Shown here in pieces: positions 41,526 through 51,472 of a stretch of 64,000 nucleotides of DNA; within the stretch, counting starts at the first letter, position 1, and every line of letters starts with the position of its first letter. The stretch is from Gammaproteobacteria bacterium. GTDB lineage: Bacteria > Pseudomonadota > Gammaproteobacteria > JBCCGL01. The DNA is taken from assembly GCA_965277715.1 (NCBI GenBank), contig OZ255836.1, positions 64,001-128,000 of the forward strand, given 5' to 3'. Below the pieces are notes generated by a model. The model did no database searches. It saw nothing but the letters and a program-made list of their open reading frames with translations, and was not told where the DNA came from. Made by a program: the position numbers and the translations under genes.

Positions 41526-41825
41526 ATGCCCAATACCCTCCCGCCCACTAAGCGAGAAATACAACGGTCTATTTTAGCGGTAATAGAAGACAACCCTATC
41601 GACACCTTGCCCTTTATAGCCAGCTCACTACACTTTATTGGTAAGTCACTGGATACCAATCCACAATTAAGTGATTTTGATGGCGCAGAGGCGGGGGGTG
41701 GCTATATTGTCACACTGCTTGCCAATGCCATACAAGATGTGGAAAAGGCGTTGAATAAAAAATACCGTTTCCCTGAAGAAAATCTTGATGGCATTGGGCA
41801 AAATTCTGCGCCCTTAGCGTCATAA
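41526..41825 (+). CDS. Small hypothetical protein downstream of the C4-like RNA
   Basis: ATG with GAGGA RBS; MPNTLPPTKREIQ... Confidence 0.55.
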   Translation: MPNTLPPTKREIQRSILAVIEDNPIDTLPFIASSLHFIGKSLDTNPQLSDFDGAEAGGGYIVTLLANAIQDVEKALNKKYRFPEENLDGIGQNSAPLAS

Positions 41826-41943
41826 ATAGGAAATATAGAAGAGGCAAGTGCTAATTGATGGTCGTTAGTACGTTAATACACGCATAGGACACGGTAATAC
41901 GAAGCGTTTTCCCATCATTACATTACGCGGGTATAATGCCCTT

Positions 41944-42840
41944 ATGCAGCGATCCCTCGATCATTTACCCACCTCCAAGCAAAATGATATTGCCCATATC
42001 GTCTCGGTAATACGCGACGAATTTGAGCAAGTAACCGGCTTTGCCAACGGCAAAAAAAAGCACAGCCGTATCGCCAAGATTATTCTGTTTGGCAGTTTTG
42101 CCACGGGTAAGTGGGTGAATGACCCGGCCCACGGTTACGTCAGCGATTACGATATTCTGGTGATTCTGAATAAAGCCGAACTGGTTGAGGATTACAAACT
42201 CTGGAATGCCGTTGATGAACGGGTCGCCCTGCGTGTGCGGCCCCCCATCAATATTCTGGTACATACCCTGAAGGAAGTGAATAATGCCTTAATGGAAGGG
42301 CAGTATTTTTTTTCTGATATTAAACAGCAGGGCGTTTTGCTGTATGAATTTGACAAAACTGAGTTGGTGCAAGAGGGTAATTTATCAGCGGCGCAATATA
42401 AAGCCGTTGCGGAAAAGCATTATAAGCAATGGTTTGAGAATGCAAACGAATTTTTTTTGGATTACCAAGCACCCTACCAACGGGGCAACTATAAAAACGC
42501 AGCCTTTTTATTGCACCAAGTAACAGAGCGTCTATATTCCTGCCTGCTATTGGTAGTCACCAACTACAAACCCAATACCCACAATTTGCAACAACTTAAC
42601 TCCCTGGCTATTTTGCAACATGAAGATATTGCCGGGGTTTTTCCGCAAGATACCAAAATACAACGTCGCCGGTTTCAGTTGTTGAAAAAGGCGTATGTCG
42701 ATGCCCGTTATTCTGAGCATTATGAGATTACAGAGGAGGAGCTTAAGTGGTTGGCTGAACGGGTCGAGTGTTTGCAGGAGATGGTGGAAAGGCTTTGTTT
42801 GGCAAAGATTGAGAGCCTCAACAACGACCATTTAATTTAG
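41944..42840 (+). CDS. Fused nucleotidyltransferase (MNT)-HEPN protein
   Basis: LFGSFATG...SDYDIL; HEPN region AAFLLHQ...THNL...YVDARYSEHY. Confidence 0.9.
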   Translation: MQRSLDHLPTSKQNDIAHIVSVIRDEFEQVTGFANGKKKHSRIAKIILFGSFATGKWVNDPAHGYVSDYDILVILNKAELVEDYKLWNAVDERVALRVRPPINILVHTLKEVNNALMEGQYFFSDIKQQGVLLYEFDKTELVQEGNLSAAQYKAVAEKHYKQWFENANEFFLDYQAPYQRGNYKNAAFLLHQVTERLYSCLLLVVTNYKPNTHNLQQLNSLAILQHEDIAGVFPQDTKIQRRRFQLLKKAYVDARYSEHYEITEEELKWLAERVECLQEMVERLCLAKIESLNNDHLI

Positions 42841-42896
42841 GTAAGAGAGTTCACATAGTGGTCAGATGGTGAAGAAGAAAAAGCTAAGCAATTCCT

Positions 42897-44098
42897 CTCT
42901 GTACAGGACAGTTATTATAACAATAAGAGGTCGATTTTTAATTGTCTAAAAGGTTGAAGCAGCATTTGCCACTGCAACTGTTGTTCCCCTATGTTCAACA
43001 CAACCCGGGAAACCGTTTCCAATCCTAACCGAAAAACACTTTTACTGGGGCGGCCATGATTTTTCTTTTTGATCGGTGTGGTTTTTTACTGTTCATGGCC
43101 AATCTGATAACACCAACAAAATGTTAGACTCACCAATACCAGTAGTTTTTCAACCCTATCAGGTTTCGTTAAATGTGTCTTTTCCATATCGAACCCTCGA
43201 CCTTTTAATGCCTGGAATAAACGCTCTATTTGCCAGCGCTGCTGATACTCAACTAATGCATTATGGGCGCACCTATCGCTCGCAATAATCACATGTTCCT
43301 GACGAGAACGAAAACACGGTAAATAGACGCTCTCTCCCCAAACAGATCGAGCGTCTGTCAATGCACAGGTTTGTGCTACACCCAGCAAAAGTAGCGCTGA
43401 TGCCTTCACTTCTTTGCCTTTTTTTGTCCTGGCCTGAGTATTGTTAGGAATACGGATAGAAAACGGAATATTCTTCTTTTTCAAATACATAATCCATTCT
43501 TTACCTCGAAATTCACGGTCAGCCAATAAGGCACTGATCGTCTGTACAGGAAAAACAGTCAAATAACGATTAACCAGATCAATTCGCTCCTGAGTATGGC
43601 TGTTTCCCGCTTTGTCCAATTGTGTTCAAAATAGGGGAACCGCTACATTGTGCCAGTCAATGGAAAGAACCAATAGGTTTACATGCGTCATACCCAACTT
43701 CCAGTGGGTTCGGTCAATGCTTACAGTCCAAGGCGGACATTGGGCAATCAACTTAATTAACAACGGGGCAATAGTATCCGGCTTCAAATCAAAATGACGC
43801 AAAAAACGTGGCAAACGTTTATAGGATGAACAAGGTTGCGCTGTTCCGGCGAATCCATCGGCAACACGCATTAAATTGAGTGACCCTACTTTTCCAAGTG
43901 CCAACATAAACTGGGCCAGCAATATCACACGAGCACAGTTCCACTTAAGGTGTGGACGCAGTAAACTTACCAGTTGATAAATCTCTTTCATTTTACGTTG
44001 CTAGGTCTTGTCGTGAAGCTTAAACAACTTGAAAGAGATTTATTTTTACATTTATTCCTTTTATTTCAATGCCTTAATTTATTTTGTCCTGTACAGAG
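42897..44098 (-). mobile_element. IS4-family element with frameshifted transposase (pieces at 43626-43991, 43086-43619, plus tail)
   Basis: Perfect 14-bp TIR CTCTGTACAGGACA; IDRTHW, ADREF, YQQRWQIERLFQALK (YREK). Confidence 0.9.
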
Positions 44099-44340
44099 GC
44101 CAGATGGTTAAAACAACCCACAACAGACGGGAAAACACAAGACACCTCGTTGACCAAAATAGAGGGGTTAAGGTAGCCCGTTGTCTTATGTGGGCGCGGT
44201 GAGATAGATGTAAGAAAATGATGTCTTGGTAACGAGGCGATTTTATCCAGAGGAGTATTGACAGGTAGAAAAATTAATGTTGCAACAACTAAATAAATAG
44301 ATACAATTGGCTACTTCATTAAATGTAAAAGACCGAAGTT

Positions 44341-45225
44341 ATGAGAAAAATAATATTCTTTTTTTTGCTATTATCAAATTTTCTTTCAACAAGTGTAATT
44401 GCTTTACCCAATCACTCTAACGAACTTCAGGTTGGCCCTCTGAATTTGACGCAAGATACCAACGGAGTGTCAGTAACGTCTACTATTATTTCATATTTCA
44501 AGCTACATACTACTGAAAAAGGCATTTTTCTTAAAGCTAGAATAGTAACTGATCTATCTGATTTACAAAGAAAAATCGGCCAGATAATCGATACATTTCC
44601 TCTTCCCAATGATAATTGCCAAAGCTATAGTGGAAACAATCCGGTGGTTAAAATACCACGCAAAGAATTGTCCGCTGAAGGTAGCTTAGCGATACTTAGC
44701 ATCAGCGGTAGCGTCACTATGTGGGATTGCAGAGAAAACCCTGTTCCTAATTCTAAGGTAGAATGGGTAAATGAAACTGTTGTATCCTTCTTTGGTACAA
44801 GAGTAGTGACTCTGTTACCAAAAATAATTACTTGGCCGGGAAATCCTATAAAAAACGAACTTGGAAGTCAATCATTTGACGCAAGTTTACCCGTGATCGT
44901 ATATGCCCCGAACGCTCAGACCGTAGGAATCAGGTTTGGTGATCCAAAAATTAATCTGAAAGGCTCATATGCTTTTATTACAAGAAGTATTCTTAGCATT
45001 GCAGGAATAGATATAAACACTGAAGCTAAAAAATCTCTGGAAAAAGCAATTGAACCGACGTTGCTTCAGCAGGCTATTCCAGAGGAATATGCACAACTTA
45101 ATCCTGTTATCGAAAAGCTAGGTTTCTTTAACAACAATGGAGTGCTAAGTATTTCAATACAGCTAACTGCTGAGGTTCCAGTGGAAAAAATAAATGCATT
45201 TGTACAACTACTACTAAATGAATAG
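44341..45225 (+). CDS. Hypothetical exported protein
   Basis: 294-aa AT-rich ORF with signal peptide MRKIIFFFLLLSNFLSTSVIA. Confidence 0.7.
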   Translation: MRKIIFFFLLLSNFLSTSVIALPNHSNELQVGPLNLTQDTNGVSVTSTIISYFKLHTTEKGIFLKARIVTDLSDLQRKIGQIIDTFPLPNDNCQSYSGNNPVVKIPRKELSAEGSLAILSISGSVTMWDCRENPVPNSKVEWVNETVVSFFGTRVVTLLPKIITWPGNPIKNELGSQSFDASLPVIVYAPNAQTVGIRFGDPKINLKGSYAFITRSILSIAGIDINTEAKKSLEKAIEPTLLQQAIPEEYAQLNPVIEKLGFFNNNGVLSISIQLTAEVPVEKINAFVQLLLNE

Positions 45226-45766
45226 GACTTATGCTATGAGCATGCTTGGATTTCAAAAGGTAGCCCCTATCACTGTGTTTATTTGCGTTTGCGCTATGGT
45301 TGTTAGCAGGGCGCCAACGCTTGTGGATGAATTTAGTATGCTTGGCGTCAAGTTTAATATCAATGTTGGATATGTTGTTATATTTTCCATTCCTATAATT
45401 ATGTTGCTTTTAACCTGGCTCTGGATAGTTAGAGATAAATCTATTATGGAAAAAAATCCTTATTCGAACAATACATGGATATTACCTTTTCTTGCAATTT
45501 TTCCTTCGTTATCGGCATTTTTTTTGTACTGGCAATTTTTGACTGAATTTGCTCCACCTGGTGAGTGCAGCACGTTTTCGGCATCTCAATTTTTTTGGGA
45601 TATAGACCTTTGGGAGATGAAACCGGAGTACTGTTTTAACCTTCCCCAGGAAATACAAAACCTTATGCCTTACATATACCCACCGATACAAACATGGGCT
45701 TATCTAGGTTTTGTTGCAGTTTGTATATTTTTGAGCGTAAAACTTCGGCAATATTATAGTGTCTAG
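45218..45766 (+). CDS. Hypothetical membrane protein (about 4 TM)
   Basis: Four hydrophobic stretches; overlaps the stop of the upstream gene. Confidence 0.7.
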   Translation: MNRTYAMSMLGFQKVAPITVFICVCAMVVSRAPTLVDEFSMLGVKFNINVGYVVIFSIPIIMLLLTWLWIVRDKSIMEKNPYSNNTWILPFLAIFPSLSAFFLYWQFLTEFAPPGECSTFSASQFFWDIDLWEMKPEYCFNLPQEIQNLMPYIYPPIQTWAYLGFVAVCIFLSVKLRQYYSV

Positions 45767-45813
45767 CCAGTTAGATTGATTATGGTTCTCTCAAGGGGTG
45801 TGACCTTAATTGT

Positions 45814-46044
45814 ATCTCTTTTGATGAGGCAAAGACGGTCTTTACTGACCAGTTCGCTCGCTTAATTGCTGACCCCGACCATTCAGATGAAGAAGATAGA
45901 TTTATCCTTTTGGGTACAAGCATTCATTCTAAACTATTGGTTGTTTGCCATTGTATCCGGGTGGATGATTCTATTCGTATTATTTCCGCTCGAAAAGCGG
46001 ATCGACAAGAACGTGAAATTTATGAAGGGTGTCGTCATGCGTAA
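45814..46044 (+). pseudogene. 5'-truncated BrnT toxin
   Basis: ISFDEAKTVFTD...DPDHSDEEDRFILLG...IRIISARKADRQEREIYE; no in-frame start or N-terminal FEWD segment. Confidence 0.8.
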
Positions 46045-46246
46045 ACATTATGATTTTTCTAAGTCTATTCTTAATCCATATGTTCAAAAGCTGAAAAAAC
46101 AAATTACTATCCGTCTTGATGAAGATACTATTGAATATTTCAAGGGTATGGCGGATGAAAAAGGAATACCCTACCAGAGCTTAATCAATCTTTATCTTCG
46201 TGACTGTGCGCAAGCGCATCGTGACCTTAAATTACAGTGGCAGTAG
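46037..46246 (+). CDS. BrnA-type antitoxin (ribbon-helix-helix)
   Basis: MRKHYDFS...ITIRLDEDTIEYFK...GIPYQSLINLYL. Confidence 0.85.
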   Translation: MRKHYDFSKSILNPYVQKLKKQITIRLDEDTIEYFKGMADEKGIPYQSLINLYLRDCAQAHRDLKLQWQ

Positions 46247-46253
46247 GGTAAGC

Positions 46254-46325
46254 AGTTAACAAGGTGCTATTGCCGGACAAATTTTACGCTTCGCTTCAAA
46301 TTTGCCACAAAGCACGACATTATAT
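46254..46325 (+). mobile_element. Degenerate integron attC site
   Basis: Starts AGTTAAC; imperfect palindrome GTGCT...CAAATTT...AAATTTG...AGCAC; ends GACATTAT where GCGTTRRRY is expected. Confidence 0.6.
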
Positions 46326-46390
46326 TTCATAGTGGGGCCACTCGTTTTCATGCAAAATGGTAGATGATGTACCTCGAAAACCATGAGAAC

Positions 46391-46855
46391 TCAGACGCGA
46401 CTTATAGCCCATGTACTCAATAGCGCGACTACAGGTAGTACGTCTGCCGGTATCGGACTCCAAGCAAACAACAGACCGACAGTAGCCAGCATCCGCTCCG
46501 CCCGCTCCTGGAAGGGGATTTGCTCAAATGCCTCGAACAGTTCACGATAGCTGCCTGCGGGGATATTAACGACGACCCGCATATCAACCCCCGTAGTACC
46601 AAAAACCCCGGACATTGGCGAGTACGGCACCCTCCGGCACGATAATATGGGGCTGTGAGGGAATATACGTTCAGCCGCTTGCCGATACGATTCCGCACCA
46701 CCACCGGCAATTAATACCAAATCAACCTGAATACTTTCATCGCGCATGGACTGGCGCATGGTAGTGAGTGCAATCGGGGTGATTTCATCCATCGCATTGT
46801 CCAGATAAGGCCTAATATCGATATGCTTGCCGAATATCAATACCTGTACACACAT
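46391..46855 (-). pseudogene. Remnant of a type II partition pair: ParM/StbA C-terminal fragment (frameshifted) plus small ParR/StbB-like ORF starting at 46582
   Basis: VDLVLIAGGGA actin-fold motif; shifted frame ends ANVRGFWYYG; then MRVVVNIP...ERAERMLATVG. Confidence 0.6.
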
Positions 46856-47145
46856 GGTGTACGTTAAGTTGACATCAATCCCGCCTAGGCCGTTTTTTTA
46901 AACATCGGTACACGGGCGGGTTACGTCGATCATTATCCGAAGCTGGGGAGGATGGAATGTGCGGCAAGATCGCCAAAACGTGCATCTATCGATCTATTGC
47001 ATATTCAGGCTTTCATGGTACAGGGCGGCATGGAGTTGTGAGCGAATGGCCCACGCTTCCTTAATTCCCTTTTATCCGTGACTACTACGCGGTAATTTTT
47101 AAAAAAGCAGATGTGCAACTCAACGAAAGCGTTAGTCTCACCCCT

Positions 47146-47173
47146 GTTGAAAAGCGTAGAAATATCCTCACTT
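47146..47173 (+). promoter_or_regulatory. Putative sigma32 promoter
   Basis: GTTGAAA-N13-CCTCACTT upstream of the small heat shock gene. Confidence 0.5.
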
Positions 47174-47232
47174 ATTGATGACCGGCAATGTGACGATTTT
47201 TATGCAGCACCCGGTATCTTTTGTTTTTGTAT

Positions 47233-47261
47233 GTGTTGCTTCTTTTGGAGAGTATATTATG
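47233..47261 (+). promoter_or_regulatory. ROSE-like RNA thermometer
   Basis: TTGCT motif and CTTC-TTTT-GGAG hairpin covering the SD just before the ATG. Confidence 0.5.
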
Positions 47262-47734
47262 AATGCAATTGACTTAACCCCCTTATACCGAAACAGTATT
47301 GGTTTTGACCGTCTGGCGTCTATGTTAAACAACCTGAGCACCGACACGGTGGGCAGTGGCTATCCCCCTACAATATCGAGATGCTGGACGAGAACCGTTA
47401 CTGCATTACACTAGCGGCTGCTGGTTTTGATCAGAGCGACCTGACTATTACGGTGGAACGCGGCGTACTGAGTGTGCGGGGCAACTGGAAAGAAACGGCG
47501 GAGCGTAACTACCTGCACCAGGGTATTTCCAACCGCGATTTTGAACGGAAGTTTAACTTGGCCGAGCATGTTGAAGTCACCGAAGCCGATATGGAAAACG
47601 GTTTGTTGGCGATTAACCTGGTCAGAAAAGTGCCAGAAACGCTGAAGCCCAAAACCATTGAGATCCAGTCTTTAAAAGCGCTGGAGAGCGAGGCCCACAT
47701 CGGACAGGTCGGCAAGGCTAAAAAAGCAGACTGA
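47259..47734 (+). pseudogene. ibpA: IbpA-type small heat shock protein, -1 frameshift in a C-run
   Basis: MNAIDLTPLYRNSIGFDR...GYPP then (Y)NIEMLDENRY...YLHQGISNRDFERKF...ENGLL; 5 C at 47364-47368 where 6 would restore the frame. Confidence 0.85.
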
Positions 47735-47747
47735 GTGCTGTTTAATC

Positions 47748-47776
47748 AGGGAGGTCGCCGTTGACGCGACCTCCCG
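47748..47776 (+). terminator. Hairpin after ibpA
   Basis: GGGAGGTCGC...GCGACCTCCC inverted repeat. Confidence 0.55.
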
Positions 47777-47893
47777 TTACCGCTACACCCCTAAAAACCA
47801 CGAAGCGCTCTACCAGAGGGTAAGCTTATTACCCCGCTTATGGTCTGGTCTTAACTGCTCTGTAGAAAGGTGCTAAAGTTCATACTTGCGCAC

Positions 47894-48679
47894 TTACACC
47901 TCCTCGTCGTCTTCTGCGGTATTGGAAGGAGGTGTCTCGTCCGCCTTAAGTCGCGCCATTTCCGCATACCAGAATGTCATAAAATCCCTTATCAGTTTTT
48001 GTTCAATATCCACGGCTTCCTTTGTAGGGCAGAATATCGTTACGGCAAGTTGATTTTTGCCGAGGTTGGTGGTCGTAATGCGCACGCTCGCTTTCGGGTC
48101 GACAATGTTTACCCCCAAGCGTTTTTCAATCAGTTCGCTGTAACGTTTGGCCACCTCAACGAATGAAGCACAATACTCCTGAGCTTTATTCAGAATAAGC
48201 GCTTTGGCCGCAAACAGATCGACCCCTTCGGCATCGCGTACTATCGAGAACGAATGCGCCACGTATCGGCGCATGTAATTGAGATAATGTATATTGCCAG
48301 CGACAAATTGGTTATTGGGAATGGTAAGCGTTTTGCCGGTATAGGCATAACTCATGGACTCCATATCAATTTCCAACAGCACGGTACTAAACCAGTCACT
48401 GTGCGCCACCTCACCATAGTGCGGCCCCACCTGAACCCAGTCTCCCACCGAGAACGGGCGGGCGGCGGTCACGTACAATGAACCTAAAAAGCACTGGATA
48501 AACTCACGGGTCGCGATCACCAGGGCTACAACAAACGCGGCGATGGACAAGGCCGCCGAGCGTAATTCCGTCAGCCAGATAACCATCAAACCCATCGCCA
48601 TCAAAAAATGAATTGCGTTCTTGGTGTGGTTTATCCAGCGCCGGGGCCGTTCTTCCTCATCCGCCGATAGCTTTTGCAA
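47894..48679 (-). pseudogene. MscS-family mechanosensitive channel, probably N-terminally truncated
   Basis: RPFSVGDWVQVG...GEV...IPNN; 5' end abuts a small-HSP remnant. Confidence 0.7.
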
Positions 48680-48682
48680 GTA

Positions 48683-48990
48683 CCGAGTTGAACAGTCAGT
48701 AGCCCGTGAGCCAGCTCGGCGCCGGTGACATCCACATGCTCAGCTAGGTGAGACGTGCACTCAAACGCCTTGTGCACGATGCCTCGATGAAGAAACCGGC
48801 CCTCTCCATCACCCGCTTTGTGCCCGGTTATGACCATCGTCCCGTTACCGACTTTGAGTTACAGTTCGTCGAGACTCAACCCGGCGACATCCAACTCGAT
48901 AGTGTAACGGTTCTCGTCAAGACGTTTGATGTTGTAGGGCGGGTGGTCGGACACCAAAGCATCCTGAGTCCGCGAGCGAGGCGACAAGGC
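48683..48990 (-). pseudogene. Second small heat shock protein remnant
   Basis: HPPYNIKRLDENRYTIELDVAG...EL*...FLHRGI...LAEHVDVTGAELAHGLLTV with an internal stop at 48859. Confidence 0.75.
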
Positions 48991-49025
48991 ATTTTTTCGG
49001 TTGTTCTGAGTGCAATTATTTTCCT

Positions 49026-49391
49026 TTACATACTCCGCAGCCAAGCCGCAAGCTCGACTTCGTCTACAATACCTTGAGTTGCTCGTATAATTTGATCACC
49101 CGCCTCCACAGTCTCATAACTCAACTCAATTCCATTTAATGCCAGGGATATATCCATACATGCAAAGGCAGTACGCTTATTAGCATCATGGAAAGCATAG
49201 CCTACTGCGATATAGCACGCGTAACAAGCTGCTAGCTCGTAGACATCGCGAATCATTCCATAAGAAATACGGTTGTCTATTCTAGCTATTATTGCCTCAA
49301 CCGACTTGTTTTTAGCCAGCCCTTGAAGCTCATTGGGAGAGATTACCAGATCGTGGATATCAATCACGTCGGTGGCCGATATAAATACCAT
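49026..49391 (-). CDS. Doc/Fic-family toxin with the catalytic His replaced by Tyr
   Basis: Motif reads YAFHDANKR instead of HxFxD(G/A)NKR. Confidence 0.85.
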   Translation of the reverse strand: MVFISATDVIDIHDLVISPNELQGLAKNKSVEAIIARIDNRISYGMIRDVYELAACYACYIAVGYAFHDANKRTAFACMDISLALNGIELSYETVEAGDQIIRATQGIVDEVELAAWLRSM

Positions 49392-49393
49392 GG

Positions 49394-49642
49394 TTATTTG
49401 TCTTTGAGGTATTCCAGAGTGTCTTTCAGCTGGGCATGTCTTTTCTTTAGCATGGAAGCAGCACGTCCCGCTGCGGCTGGACTAAACTCTATTTTGCCCA
49501 CCGCGCTAGCAGGCACGAAGTATCCCTCAAGCTGATTTCGATTGAGTATAGCCACTGGTTGGTCTCCGGCATTTTCAATAACTTTCTTAGGGTCTCTAAG
49601 CTCAGTCAGCGAGGCCGTTTTATGGGTTAAGAGATTTTCCAT
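49394..49642 (-). CDS. Phd/YefM-family antitoxin
   Basis: ASLTELRDP...PVAILNRN...YFVP, directly upstream of doc. Confidence 0.8.
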   Translation of the reverse strand: MENLLTHKTASLTELRDPKKVIENAGDQPVAILNRNQLEGYFVPASAVGKIEFSPAAAGRAASMLKKRHAQLKDTLEYLKDK

Positions 49643-50231
49643 AGCTTAGTTTCTGCAAAAACAATTGAAGAATAATTTTAACATATATACATTATAATAT
49701 TTATTTAAGTATACATTTTACTCAAACTATTTTTTAATCGCATTTAGAGGATTGAAATATTGGAGGCTCTCACTGGCTTGTTGTGCACTAAGTAGTGGCA
49801 CCCATTCCGGCATACTTAAACTAAGGAATTTAGGTTAAAACACATGGGCAAAACTTAATAGTGACAATATCCTGCCTATCTGCCGTATAAATGGCCTCAT
49901 TTCCCGAAAAATATCCCGGAGTTTGACTTTCAGCGGACAGTGCGTTGGCTACACTTAAGCCCATCTAGAGGGTGTAATCGATAAAGCAGAGCCGCTGTTG
50001 ACCTCGACAATCAGAAACGGCATACCTGACCAAAACCGAACCGGTCGGGCGGGGTTATCTGGGACGGAGCGGATCAAGCCTATGCGTATTGGGAAATCTA
50101 TGGGAAATATTGGGCCGGTAGTGAAAGTGCGATGAAGATGTTGTCCAAATTGTCATAGCTGATCCAGTCAATAAAGCCGTTCCGTTATCATCCCGCAAGA
50201 CTCTTAGCATACGATGCGTGTTTTCTAGATG

Positions 50232-51404
50232 TTATCCAGGTTCACCGTAACCGAGACCTGTCACTTCCGCATGTACACAATTTCTGCCATTTTGCTTGGC
50301 TTGATACAAGGCTATATCCGCCGCACGTAACAGTGCCTCGTGATCGGTAAACGATTCCGCCTGCACCGTCGCCACACCGATAGAGACGGTAATTTGCCCA
50401 TACGGTGACTGGGTGCTGGGAATCGCCAGTTGGCTTACACCGTTCAAGACATTCTGCGCAAAATGCAAAGCACCCGGTAATGGCGTATCAGGAATAATCG
50501 CGCAGAACTCATCGCCGCCAAAACGAGCAGCAAGATCAGCGGGTCGGTTAGCGTGGGTGCGTAGTATAGTCGATACACGCCGTAGGCATTCATCGCCCTG
50601 CAGATGGCCATAGGTATCATTGAATGTCTTAAACCCGTCAATATCCAACATGATGACCGACAATGGCATGCCTGTCCTGACGGCACGCCGCCACTCCCGT
50701 TGTAGCGTATCGTCGAATAACCGGCGATTGGCCAGAGCGGTTAACGGGTCTAATGAAGATAATCGGGTAAGTATCCGGTTGCTGCGCGACAACTCCCTGA
50801 CTTTATGTAAAGTGTCGAGGTGGGCGGTAACTATCGGGTTCCAAAAACGTCTGTAGCCCACAAAAGCGGTAACCAGCATGGTTCCGTACAATAGACAGGC
50901 AGCGAGGATACTGTCGTCCATAGTGTGTACCGCTGTACTGTTTTGTATCACCACCGGAAGCATAAAAACCCCCAGATAACCGTAGAATGCGTGCGGATCA
51001 CCCCAAAAGACCAAAGCTCCCAGTGTGGTGGCGGCAAACCACGCCGCGATAAAGACAGGGTATTCGTGACCCGTCAGCAGCGGGCCGACTATTGTCCCAC
51101 CCGTACCGTATACCGAACCCAGGATCAACGCATAAAGTAACCAACCGTAACGCCTACAGCGGGTGCGCGATTTATACCCGTGACGAAACAACACCTGGCC
51201 GCCGAAACCGCAGCTATTGACCGCAAACAGAATTAACCACCATCCCACTATCGGATACCCTGTCATATAGCTGGAAGCCAACCCTGCAAACCCCGCACCG
51301 TAAAGGGTGTTAGCAACACTGAAGTAGTGTGTGTTGTTGCTCCACAAAGTGCGGCGGACACTAGCGTTGCCGATATATTCAGGGGTGTTTAATGCACTTT
51401 TCAT
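50232..51404 (-). CDS. Membrane-bound diguanylate cyclase
   Basis: N-terminal TM helices; DPLT, RPAD I-site, GGDEF. Confidence 0.92.
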   Translation of the reverse strand: MKSALNTPEYIGNASVRRTLWSNNTHYFSVANTLYGAGFAGLASSYMTGYPIVGWWLILFAVNSCGFGGQVLFRHGYKSRTRCRRYGWLLYALILGSVYGTGGTIVGPLLTGHEYPVFIAAWFAATTLGALVFWGDPHAFYGYLGVFMLPVVIQNSTAVHTMDDSILAACLLYGTMLVTAFVGYRRFWNPIVTAHLDTLHKVRELSRSNRILTRLSSLDPLTALANRRLFDDTLQREWRRAVRTGMPLSVIMLDIDGFKTFNDTYGHLQGDECLRRVSTILRTHANRPADLAARFGGDEFCAIIPDTPLPGALHFAQNVLNGVSQLAIPSTQSPYGQITVSIGVATVQAESFTDHEALLRAADIALYQAKQNGRNCVHAEVTGLGYGEPG

Positions 51405-51472
51405 AAACCCCGGCTTCCCCTTTATGGTTCAAGGTGTTGTACGTTTTGGTCTCACTTGCCGTGGAGACCCAC

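Noticed and set aside
45866-46036. N-terminal extension of BrnA in the 126-aa track ORF
   Set aside because: Off-frame read of the brnT remnant; real start is likely 46037
49800-49960. IS-end-like sequences CATTCCGGCATACTTAA and CGTTGGCTACACTTAAG
   Set aside because: No partner end or transposase; too short to call
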